DNA from: Trichosphaerium sp. ATCC 40318
Taxonomy: Eukaryota; Protista; Tubulinea
Assembly (NCBI GenBank): GCA_038496445.1
Contig: JALMLS010000579.1
Coordinates: 124,001-188,000, forward strand
DNA length: 64,000 bases
Direction: 5' to 3'
Each line of letters begins with the position of its first letter. Positions within the stretch are counted from its first letter, which is position 1. Below, one piece after another: positions 49,634 through 61,266 of the stretch. The translations under genes and the position numbers were made by a program. The notes under the pieces are model-generated. The model saw only the letters and a list, made by a program, of their open reading frames with translations, searched no databases and was not told the origin of the DNA.

Positions 49634-51916
49634 TTACATATGAGGTAAGCGCTCCTCAGAAACAGATACATGACGGCGCTTATGAATATTGGACGAGTAC
49701 GTATTCATATTTACACCTGTAGCTTTTGGTCTATCTGAAATAGATGGGTAGCCTCTTGCAGGTGGACCAGTGTAAACCTATGCAACAAAATGTTAAAACA
49801 ACAACTTTTTGTTGATCAAGGTTACGTACTTGTCTTGGACGTGTTATCTTGTTTTCAGGAGTAGATAAATGCTCATTCCAATGAGCAAGCCATCCTACAG
49901 CTCTAGGAATACAAAACAATACAGGGAACATATCAGTTGGAAAGCCCATTGCCTATTTGAGAGAACAATTGTGAGTCTTTCAAAAACCAAAACTGCAATA
50001 TCAAAATGTGACATACTTTGTAGATTAAACCAGAATAAAAATCAACGTTAGGATAAAGACCACGAGATTTAAAGTAGTTATCATTAACAGCTTGGCGCTC
50101 AAGCTCGATAGCTACTTCAATAAGAGGTTCCTCACCACAAATATCGAACACCTTTGTTCAAGAAAAGTTAGAACAGACTTTGAACAACAAAAAGCAAACC
50201 TCATAAGCGATTTTACGAATGATTCTAGCACGTGGATCATAGTTCTTGTATACACGATGTCCAAAGCCCATAAGCTTCTTCTTCTTATTCTTTACATCAT
50301 CGATGAACTTGCTAACTTCTTTAACGCTTCCAATTGATTCAAGCATACGGAGTACAGCCTCATTAGCTCCACCTACATACGCATTAGAACCAACTTAGTT
50401 ACTAAAAAAAAGGTACCGTGTAGAGGGCCATATAGGGCTCCTGCAGCTGCAGATACTCCAGTGTAAGGGTCAGCCTTCGTACTAGTAACATGGCGCATAG
50501 CGGATGTGGAACAGTTGAGTTCATGGTCAGCGTGAAGGATAAACATTACATCAAGAGCCTTTATGAACCAGGTTAGCAATACAAAAGACAAAAATGTAGT
50601 ACCTTAGCAAGTCGTCTGTTTGGTCTATAATTGGTTTCTTGGAGGCGATCCATCATGTACAAGACTAGAAGACATACAATTAGAATAACGTTAAGGTATG
50701 AGTAGGATACATACAATTCTCTGTGTACGACAAGTAGTTCACTGGCTCGTTGTAGTTTCTTAACAAAAACAATTAATTTAAAAAACCGTTAGGACATTAC
50801 AACAACGAACCTTCCAATACGATGTCTGTACGCAGCAGCTGCGATTGTAGGAAGTTTACCAATAATACGGTATATTTGCTTGTTTCTTACATTAGCATCT
50901 TCGAATATATGCGATCCTTGAAGAGCAGGGTTTGCTTCTGGGTCTATGTGGTACACAAGTCAGAAAGAAGAAAAAGATTTAAGTCACTCGAAATTAGCGT
51001 ACAGAATGTTCCAAGAGCTGCAATTGATGATATAAGCATACCCATAGGGTGTGAGTTATAGCGGAAGGTCTTCCTGTACAAATAAAGTAAATCCAACTGA
51101 ATCATTGCAAGAATTCTCAAAAACGAAGGCAGTTATTTCTGAACGTCAACTGTTGAAGTTGCAGCTGTTCACTTCATCTCAAGAAAAATTTGACATAAGG
51201 TGTTAGAGGGCGTACATGAGTTGCGTGAGGTTCTGGTGGATATAAGTATGCGTCATTATCTTGCTTGTCCAGTCGCTCATTTGTCGCTGATCTGGCAAGT
51301 CTCCGTGAATGAGTAAGAATGCAACCTGAAGTGGTTTTTAATTTTTTGAATTAAATGATAGCGTGACATCGTTATGTGACGTTAGTGCGATTTTATGTCA
51401 CCCATTAGAGTCTTGAGCGTACCTCAAGGAAGTTGGACTTTTCTGCAAGCTCTTCAATAGCGTATCCTCTGTATCTATTTGAAAACGTTATTATACCATA
51501 GATGTAGCGTGGAAACGCACCTTAAGATACCCTTTTCTCCGTCAATGTACGTGATGGCCGATTTTGACATACAAGTGTTTTTATAGCCCGGATCGTACAA
51601 ACGAAGCCCAAGTTGCTTAAATTGCATTGCCTATGGTTGTTTAGTGGAGTTTAGCCATCACCCAAAGTACTTTAAGAACATCGCCGTATTTGATGGGTAC
51701 ACGCGCTTTTTTGCCAGTACGTGAGTCTATTACAGTGACGTATGGTCTAGAAATTTCAGTTAGGCAATAAACAAGCGTTATAAACATGTAAACGCACTCT
51801 GGATCCTCCGTGTTGCGTTTCGCAGTAAAATTACGCTCTTGGCGGCCAAATGGTGTATTAGGCGCTAAGTGACGCACCACAGTTTGTATTCGACGGTTTG
51901 CTGTTTCCCTGTCCAT
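49634..51916 (-). CDS. Citrate synthase, peroxisomal type (PTS2)
   Basis: [27 protein letters not shown]-like [66 protein letters not shown]. The N-terminal RIQTVVRHL fits PTS2 (R-I-x5-H-L). Confidence 0.96.
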
Positions 51917-52087
51917 TGTTTGGTAGGATAGAATTTCCCTTCACTTTAAGCCATTTTTACTTAACTTCGCTACTAATTTTGACACTTTTGGCTAAGAAGG
52001 ATACCATGTATTGGTATGGGTATGGTTTTATTAAAATTGTGATTGCACAGAAATGAAAAAAAAAGTTGCAAAGACTTTTTTTTTGTT

Positions 52088-55000
52088 TTACATGTTCTGT
52101 ACAAGTTGGCAGATAGTTTCTTTGTTGGTATCAAGCCAACGTCCATTATTGTATATAGTATTTAGAATACGGGATCTTGTTCTACTATTCTTTACACCAG
52201 CGCCTTCCATGAAGCCATTAATAGCCTAAAAAGGTTAGCAAGATTTTATAATTGGCAAGAAGCTTTCAATGACGTACAATATGTACTTGTTGACCAGAGA
52301 AGTATTTTGCTGCTGTTTGAAGTAACCCAATGGCAGGTGTACTATGTTAACATATATTAATTATATTGTAAAGGCAAAAATAGAAAGGGAATAACGTACG
52401 TTTTACCGTAAAATTTCCAATGCTGTTTCAAACTTTGAAATGCAATTCTTCTACCTAGTGGATTACCAGCTACTACTCTAATTACCAAGTACAAATCTTG
52501 GCTACGTATGATGCTATCCTAAAGAAATAATATTAAAAAGGTGGTACAGATAGATAAGCTACAGAGGGCTAAGCAACGGGTGTCTTTTAAAAGAGAAAAA
52601 CGGCCTGTATAGAAAGCCGTAAAATGATCCGTACTTCTGCGACAGCAAGGTCTACAAGCTCTTGAAGACGGCTTCTATCGGTAGCATAAGCAGCTGCGAA
52701 TAGGTATCGCAACTTTTCACGTTGATAAGTCTCTGTTTTGTATCTTAAAGCAAAACATAAGAAATTGCATTGAGGTAGTAAAAAAAAGTGTCATACAGCT
52801 CTATCATCTTATTAAAAGCACTTCCTGTCGTGTCATATTTGACGCCTGCTGCGAATACAGGGAGTTTTAATTCCTCTGCCAAATCTGCACCGCTTACATC
52901 TGAAAAGGGAGAGTGAATAAGAGAAGCCCAACTTAAAAGCAAGAAAAAAACGCACTTGTTTTTATGGCGTTCCATTTATCAACCAATCTACTGATTGTAG
53001 AATCATAACCACCCTCTGATATTGCTACATATCTAGGTAATATCAAGGAACGCATCAATGAGTCTTGATGGTTATGATCTTTTGGGAACAAATCGAAGTT
53101 ATCCAATGCAGATTTCATAATGTTAAAGAGCCATGTCTATTTTTTTGGTTAACTTATTTCTTAACAATGGTGACGTACGCCATAAATATTGTAGCACTCA
53201 AGTGAATCTTCATCAAATAGTAGTTGATGGATATCATGTAATTCGCTGGTAGCAGCGTGCCATACCTTTATAAAAGGTAAGAAAACAAACTTTTTTTTTG
53301 TTTGTAAACTCAACAAAAACAATCAATCGTACTGCTGTGTTATGTTCTTTAGCTAGTTTAGAAGATATTAACAATGCCTAAGATTTGCTCAGTACAATAC
53401 CAAAGTGGATATAGTCAATGTATTACCTTCTTATAGTCTATCCTTTCTGCCTTGGCTAGCACCAAAGCGTCGTTGATAAGACCAGCACGATCTTCAATAC
53501 CAAAGTTCTGGAAATTACCAATAAGGTTATCCCAAACATGTGATGGATAATTTACACGGTAGAAACCTATATAAATTTTAAAACAATTACAAAGTTCGAC
53601 TGAAAAGATTATCAAAAGAGTTGTTAGTTTTTTACCTTTTTGCTTGTAATTGGCTTTAATCCACTTAACATCTTTACTCAAATGATGAAGTCCAGAAGTC
53701 ACTGCATGCTCCTGATGATCAGGATGCTATAGACGGAATAAATTAACGTTATTGTATTGAATTTGTACTGTAATACGTACCAATTCTATAACGTGACGCT
53801 GTGTTGGCTTACTATCTGTTACAAATGTGAAAGGTATCCACCAAGTGTTTCCTTTGTTGACACCGTGATTCATGTGGTATTGTCCATAAAGCAAGAATTG
53901 CTCTTGTTTTATATCCAACAACTTGTATGCGCCATCAGGAGAGTTCTTAAATGATACAGTTACGATAGGATACCTAGGTACGACATGAGTTTGACGTTGA
54001 CGCCAAAAAAAAGTAAACATACCCAGCTTGAGCAGTCCATGGTTCAAGATTCTTCGCGAAGTTGTGTACGCCAGTTACCTAGAAGATGAGTTAAATAAAG
54101 TATAATTTGTTGAATGTATTTTAGCTTACTTTAGCAAATGTCTGCCAAAGGTCATCTGTATTTGCATTGCCATACTTATGTTTGTTCAAATGCGCCTACA
54201 AAAACACTAAGTATTGTTGTACAATTAGTAACTTACTTGTAATGATTCCTGGAACAACGACGATCCATAGTAGTCCTGAATCATGTTCAAGATAGAAGCA
54301 CCTAATTCAATCTTTATTCTGGCGAAATGTCAAGACAATGGTTATTACCTTTAAGATAGGTTATCGAATCAAATACTTCATTAATTTGAGAAGACGTCTC
54401 AACTTTTACTTCAATTGGATGCGTAGACTCAAGGGAATCGCTACGTAAAGCCACATCATCTGTGCTGTACACAAACCGATGCATTATCTAGAAAGCATAA
54501 GAAATATCGAGGAACACCCAACGTACACCCCAATGTGGATTAATAAAATCATTTGCCTATTGATGATCATTACTTTGATAATCAAACATAATAAAGAGCT
54601 TTACCTTCATTTCAAAGTAAGCTGCGAACCCTTCGTTTAGCCACAGATGCGTCCACCACTCCATAGTTACTAAATCACCAAACCATTGGTGTGCAAGCTC
54701 GTGGCATACAACTGCAGAAACACGCTCGCGAGTTGCAGAAGATGTCTCTGTAGGAAGAGTTAAGAGCGCTGTAGTTCTGAAGGTTATCAATCCCCAGTTT
54801 TCCATTGCTCCTGCAGCAAAACTAGGCGAGTTTTAGTTGATACCTTTTTGAAATTTTTTTTTAATAGTACTCTGGAATGGCTATCAAGTCAAGCTTTGCC
54901 AAGTGTTTATGATGTGCATCGTTGCCACGGTATGAAATACCTGTAAAGTGCTCAAAATAATGTAGGCATCCCAATGTAGAGTTCAAGGCGTAATCTAATT

Positions 55001-56580
55001 GAGATTTGCTGTCATCTACACTCCAAATACTAACCTATGAAAGTTGTTTAGAAGGAAATTCAGTTATCGTTATTATAAGTCATACTGGTATTGTGATGCC
55101 GTCAATGCTCTTAAATTTGCGTTCTACACCGTGTAGATTACCTACGATAAATGCAACGAGATAGGTACTCATTGGAGGTGTTTTGTGGAATCGGACAGCC
55201 TGTTAATCCAATTTATTAAACACAAGTTTGTTAGATTTTCTTGAGGTACCTTAAGCGTTTTTCCTCCTTCAACTATACCTGAAGTGGCAGCTATACCAGC
55301 ATTACTCAATGCCTAAATTATAAATTAGCCATATACAGCAATACATAGCAATCTATCGAGCACTTACACGGTACTTGCCAGGTACAATTAGCGTTATTTC
55401 AAAAACAGCCTTAAAACCTAAAGAAAATCAGTTGAGTCAGATAAATATTGACTGTACTTGGTTCATCGAAGCAAGGAAATGCTCTTCTGGCATCTACAGG
55501 CTCGAATTGTGTTGTTGCCAAAAATTGTTTTTTACCATCAGCTAAACAAAGTTACTCCGAAAGATTTGATTGGGTTGTTAAAAAAATGAAGTTCAAGAAT
55601 TTTGATTCGTACAATCTGTGTAGTTGGACCTATAGAATCCTTTTAAGTCATCTCTGATTTTACCCTCAAAGTTCTACAGATATATAATTAATACAATGGG
55701 TTTTTCAGATTATTCATCAGTACCAATTGAAGCTTTCCCTAAAAATAAAGTAAGTATTTTGAGGGGTTTTTTTTTGAAACAATAATCTTCTTCCTTACCT
55801 TCCATGGTGCAACTAGTTTATCCTTTACGATAATGCGAAATATTTCAAATTCTTTTACTAGTTCCACTGATCTTATTTCAGCAATGTGGTAGCCTCTGTT
55901 CTGAAGGAATCTTGAGTTTTTTCGACTCAAACTGAAACACAACTTTTCTTATTTTTAACGTACTGGAATTAGGTTATACATTGAAATCATCAAGTCTGCT
56001 GCATGCATCACAATATTATCAGTGGTCTTATGAACCTATTATTTAAAATGATTAGAGAACAGCTCTACCCGAAGATAGTCTGAGAAGGGATTGAAAAAAC
56101 AAACTCACTGTGATGTCAATTGTGACATTGCCAACAAACCTCGCTTTGTCCATATCCACTTGTATAGTAAGGTCGTAATTATGAGGTAGCACGTTTGTGG
56201 GAAGGCGCCACTCGTTCGTTAAGAGTTCTTCGTAATCAACTAAAGGATTTTAAATTGCCAAAGCTGGACCAAAAATTGTAGCAGTATGAAGCGTCTATTG
56301 TCGCTCCCACGCAATATAATAGTGTTTTAAGCGTTTTGAGCTTAAAACCGTACCTGGCAGGTGGCCTGGGTCTAGACTGTTTCCAAGACCCATCACTGTT
56401 ATATCGACTGCAAAGCGACCAATTAGCAAAGGTTAAAGCAAGTATTTGTGGAAAGAACCCAATTTGTTTGAAAAAAACACGTTGACATACGAACAGCAGC
56501 AATCAACACAGCGACAAGTGAATACCATACAATCAGACTAGAATCGTAAGTAGCGGCGTGTCGCAAGTGACGTACCGCAT
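52088..56580 (-). CDS. M1 family aminopeptidase (aminopeptidase N/ERAP-like) with N-terminal hydrophobic segment
   Basis: [92 protein letters not shown]. Confidence 0.96.
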
Positions 56581-56834
56581 TGGAAAAGGTCCACCGCAGC
56601 ATGGAAATGCCCGTATGCCCTCTTTAGGCTTTTTGCTTACAAAGTGTTACAACTTCCGGTTTGTAGATTGCGTACGTTTGCATTACGTGCTCATACACAA
56701 GTTTGTGGCTGCGTACTACGTTTTGACAATAAGTTTTTCTCTGCCTTAACGCTAGCCAGCGTACATTTATTCAATACGCTCATTGCCTTACACATAGCCT
56801 ATACTGCCTCATAAGCAAAAGGAATTTTGAATAA

Positions 56835-59706
56835 ATGACAACCAGGAAAATAGATGAGTTAGACGTAGAAGATACGCCGCCACGCAAGAGGCATAAGGTA
56901 CGTAGTTTGAGAATAAAAATAACGAGCAAATTTTGTAAAAAACACGGTAATACTAACACGAGCGACAGACGTCGCGTAAAAGCACTGGAGATAAAAAAAA
57001 AACGCCTGTGAAAAGAAGAAAGAGTAAAGAAAACATCAAAGCTACATTAAAGCGGTCAAAGCAAACTAAAAAAGTCAAAAAAGAGGTTGTAACGCCTATG
57101 GATGATGATTTTGACTTTGCAGATGACTCCCTTCAAAATGATGATGTATCGATGGAAGACGCACCAGAAGTGGTGGAGCAGAGCCAATTTTCGTGGGAAA
57201 GCTTTTTCTCAAACTTGACGTTAATAACACCTGCAACGTACGTCAAAAGGGTACCAAACGCTAACAGCGAGACATCTAACGCCAATTTAGACAATACGCT
57301 GAAATATTCACCGAAAACGAACTGACACCAAGCGACGACTTCTCTGAGTATGATCACGATGCTTTATCAAGCATGGGTGTTAAAAAAATAAAAGATAGGC
57401 TTGCAATAATGTCAGGTATGTCAACACAAAGCCTTAAATTAGAATGAATTCATTTTGACTTGTGTAACCACTAATGTTGTTGTATAGCGCTTAAAAATAT
57501 TAAACATATGCCCACTGCAAAACTTACAACCTCTGTATCCTCTAAAAAGACCTCTAAGCCTTCAAAGAAACCGTACGAGCCAAAATTATAGACATTTCGT
57601 AAAAATGATTTTTTTGTAGTGTTAAAGTTGAGGCTAGTGATGAGAGTGATGATGAGAGCAATGATGGAAAACAAGATAGTGATAATGATAGTGATAGTGA
57701 TAGTGGCAATGAAAGCAATGAAAGTGACAGCGAGGAAGACGAGAAGCCAAAGAAAGAAATTAAAAAAGTTGCTAAAAAACCAACATTAAAAAAAGAGGAG
57801 AAATTGCTTCCTAAAAAAGTGAAAAAGGAACCCGTAGTAGAAAAGAAGGAAAAAACGAGCGTACGTATTTGATATTTAGCATTCCAAAATCTGAATAACT
57901 GATGCTCTTTGCGTGAATTGTTGTTTTTTGTTCAATCTATTTTTTTGTTTTTAATTTTTTTCTTAGTTGTACATTGCTAATGTACCATGTGGCATGAACT
58001 TTGACAGACTACGTTCAATAATTTCCTCTACTATTGGGAAACTCGCTGAAATGCCATTCATGAAATGGACTGTACAACATGATAGCAAGACGCGAAAGTA
58101 AGTCAAACAGGTTTTTATTTAGAAATTAGAATTATTTTCTTTTGAGCAATGGTAGACTTCAGTACTATAACTTGATAATGCACTAGTTTTACTAATTTTT
58201 TACGTACTATTGTCAATATAAAAATCTATATTCGTTTACTGTCAAGTCACGTAAACGGTTTTGAGTTGATAGTAGTTTTTTAATTGATTTCAAGTCTAAT
58301 TACGTTTCAGGGTTGCGCTTGTCACTTTCGCGAGCAAACAAGAATCAATTGCATTCATGAATCTTTTTAAACATCAAGAGCTATACGTTATACCACTCAA
58401 CCCACCACATCCAGATGCAAATACAATATGGGTAGAATCACCAATTCCAAACACAATAGCTGAAAATGAATTTTCTTTTTGGCTATTACACCAAGTTTCA
58501 AAAAATGTCAAAGTTATCAACAGGCCAAGCTCTGTAGATATCGAAGGCCGTAGGTATGTAATCACACCGATATCCTAGATATATTTTTTCAATGTAACCG
58601 TCCAACACGTGCTCATATGCACTATTTTTAGATACTATACAATGAGCGTTGAAACATCTGAAGCAGCTAAAGAACTTGTTGCCAAGACAGGTCAATTGTT
58701 CATTTGGAAAGATAAGAAAGTGCCTGTTGTATTTCACTGGTGTACGTTAATGAATACTATCTTGATATCAAATAATAACTCATATTATTAGTGGTTGGAT
58801 GCTCTGAAGATAATATAAAAAATATCAATGCAACACCTGGCTTATGCCATTATGACTTGACACCAAAAGAGATACAGCGTAGTCTGTTATTCTATTTCTT
58901 GCCTTCTCATTGGGATATGATGGTATTAACACTTGCTTTTGCCGTCATGGGTGTTGAGATGCTTCATAAAGTACATTGGCTAATGGCTGATGAAGAGACA
59001 TTCAGAGGGTACGAAAACGCAATTCTTGTCAAACCAATAATTGTTTTTTTTGTTAATTTGATGGTTGTAGGAGTGCTTTGGTTACTTTTAATTCACTAGC
59101 GTCATTTAATAAAGCTAAAGAAGGTTTATCAAAACTCAGAATATGCCCTCTTCGTAATTACATGCGCTTTGAGAAGCCTCCAGGTTAGTGGAATGTTACG
59201 TAGTATTCTTATTTACATTCTTGTCTTTAAGCTGCTGTTGGTGTATCTGTACATTTACTACACATGGGTCGTAATAGAGAGGCTGTCCAAGAACTACTTC
59301 AGTGCGTCAATGATTAATTTTTTATTTGATTAGATAATTAACAAGAAATCTGCAGGCATTTGTCACTCGCTGGTAACATACGCGATAAAAAACCTAAATA
59401 CTTGGCTAAACTTAAAGATGTTGATGATGGATATAAAGCTTTGCTTCTTAATGGTATATTGATAACAAGTAAGAATCAAGCTGCTACAATAGAATGGTGT
59501 ACGTTAATCGCAAGAATCACTTCAGAATTTTCCTCTTTTTTTGAAATTCTTGCAAGAATTTTTTTTGACTCTGTATAGGGAGTGAGAGGCCTAAAGATCC
59601 TTTCAAAGCACTCAAAAGGCGATCAAGTGGAGGTAAAGGACTTAGACATAGTACTTCTACGCCGAGCAAGCACAAGGGTTTACCACCAGTATATTCTGAA
59701 GAATAA
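56835..59706 (+). CDS. Lys/acidic-rich protein with SAM-like domain and several divergent RRM-like domains
   Basis: Basic NLS-like N-terminus; SAM-like WESFFSNLTL..QYAEIFTENEL..ALSSMGVKKIKDRLAIMSALK; acidic Ser-Asp tract; RRM-like VVHIANVPCGMNFDRL..VALVTFASKQESIAFM and later similar units. Confidence 0.6.
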
Positions 59707-59829
59707 ACACAATTTTTAAGGAACAGCTTGCGCCACTGTCATTTTGTAGTAATTTTACCTTTCAACTTAAAAACCCGATGTACACGTGTCAACTCTTTAT
59801 TTATTTAGTAGGAACACTTTGTATTTAAT

Positions 59830-60847
59830 TCATTGTTCGTGAGGGATAAAATCTAGGTAATTCCGGTGTTCCTCACCTCCAACGAAGTAATAATGCTCTA
59901 TCACTCCCACAAGGAAATGAAACTTTTTGTAATCTCCTTCAAGCTTACCGTTGACATAAGTACATAGCTCCTTTACATTACCATTAGAATGCCATGACTT
60001 ACACTCTCCCTCTAATTTATCATTGGCATAGTGGCTCTGTATCTCTATTTGTCCATTGTCGTGCCACTCTGTGTTATCTCCTTCCAGTTTGCCATTGATA
60101 TAATGGCAATGTCTGCGCAGGTGTCCATCATCATACCACTCCTTGCATTCCTTTTCTTCTTTGCCATTAACATAATGTGACTCTAATCGCAGCTGTCCGT
60201 TGTCAAACCACTCTTTGTGTCCGCCAGTTTTTTTACCATTAACAAACGTACACTCCGTTTTTAGTTGTCCATTGTAATGCCACTCCTTGAATTCTCCTTC
60301 AATATTGCCTTTGACATGCATGAAATGTGTTGACAATTGTCCATTACTGTACCACGAACTGTTCTCTCCGTCAAGTATGCCGTTCCGACAATTGATTACA
60401 GAAAGCAATTTACCGTCGTCATGCCAATACTCTTGCTTCCCTTCTGGCTTTCCATTAACATAGTGGCAGTGAACTCCAAGTTGATTATTCTTATACCAAT
60501 ATTTGGAATCTCCATGACGTTTACCGTGTCTCCAATATTCTAGAGCAGCAATACCACGTATTTTAGAGTTTTCATCGATAAATCGTTGTTGTATCCATTT
60601 TCCATGTTTTTTTAAGTCAGTATCGAACCGTGTAGTCGTTGCTGTATGTTTAGACAAGCATGGCCACTTTAAATTCACTTCAAGGTCCAAATCGCACATA
60701 ACAATATGTAAATCAACTGGGAGGTGTAGTAGTAGCGTTTTAGGTAAAAACGGTTTTCCGTTATCTCCTTTCGAGGCATTTAGCTACAAGTATGCTTGTG
60801 AGACACTGTGCGTTATATTTTAAGTAAAGTACCTTGCGTTTTGCCAT
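59830..60847 (-). CDS. MORN-variant (YwqK-like) repeat protein with degenerate N-terminal F-box-like motif; one 5' intron
   Basis: MAKRK|LNASK..LLHLPVDLHIVMCDL..CLSKH, then about 9 repeats of the type GKxEGExKEWHxNGQLxxxCxYVN. Confidence 0.85.
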
Positions 60848-60951
60848 CAGCAGTCGAACAGTTTAAGTCAGTAGCAAGTTTAGTCAAGTTCCCTTTGCAA
60901 CAAATCTTCAAGTAACAAGCACAACGATAACTTTCCAACAAAGCGTAGCAC

Positions 60952-61150
60952 AATGGTGTTCATACTATTGACCTTGTTTGGACTTCAGTGACAGATGAAG
61001 GTATGATAGGATTAAAAAGGAGTCCATTATATAGACCTTGGTAGTACAAAAGTTACAGATGTTGGTGTTAAAGAGCTAAAAGATGTATATTCTATTGACC
61101 TTTGTGACACAGAAGTTACATCCTGCTTACTCAGATACCTCCACTATGTT
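60952..61150 (+). pseudogene. Degenerate LRR gene fragment related to the 22895-24172 family
   Basis: NGVHTIDLVWTSVTDEGMIGLK, then an extra A in the run 61014-61018, then GVHYIDLGSTKVTDVGVKELKDVYSIDLCDTEVT. No recognisable N-terminal part. Confidence 0.7.
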
Positions 61151-61266
61151 GTAAAAACTTGTATTTACATTCGTACAGTTATAAATAAATCTGAACATTT
61201 TATCCCAAAGCAAGGGTTTCGACAGGTTTGCTGATTAGCCAAACAAGCTTTTTTTTGTTTTGGTCA

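Noticed and set aside
54895-54935. Extra residues (RGNDAHHKH) in the M1 peptidase YPLPKLD region as a possible tiny non-canonical intron
   Set aside because: It is in frame with no AG acceptor, so a short loop insertion is the simpler explanation.
57636-57730. GATAGT/GATGA tandem-like repeats
   Set aside because: They encode the acidic Ser/Asp tract of the SAM/RRM protein and are not an independent repeat element.
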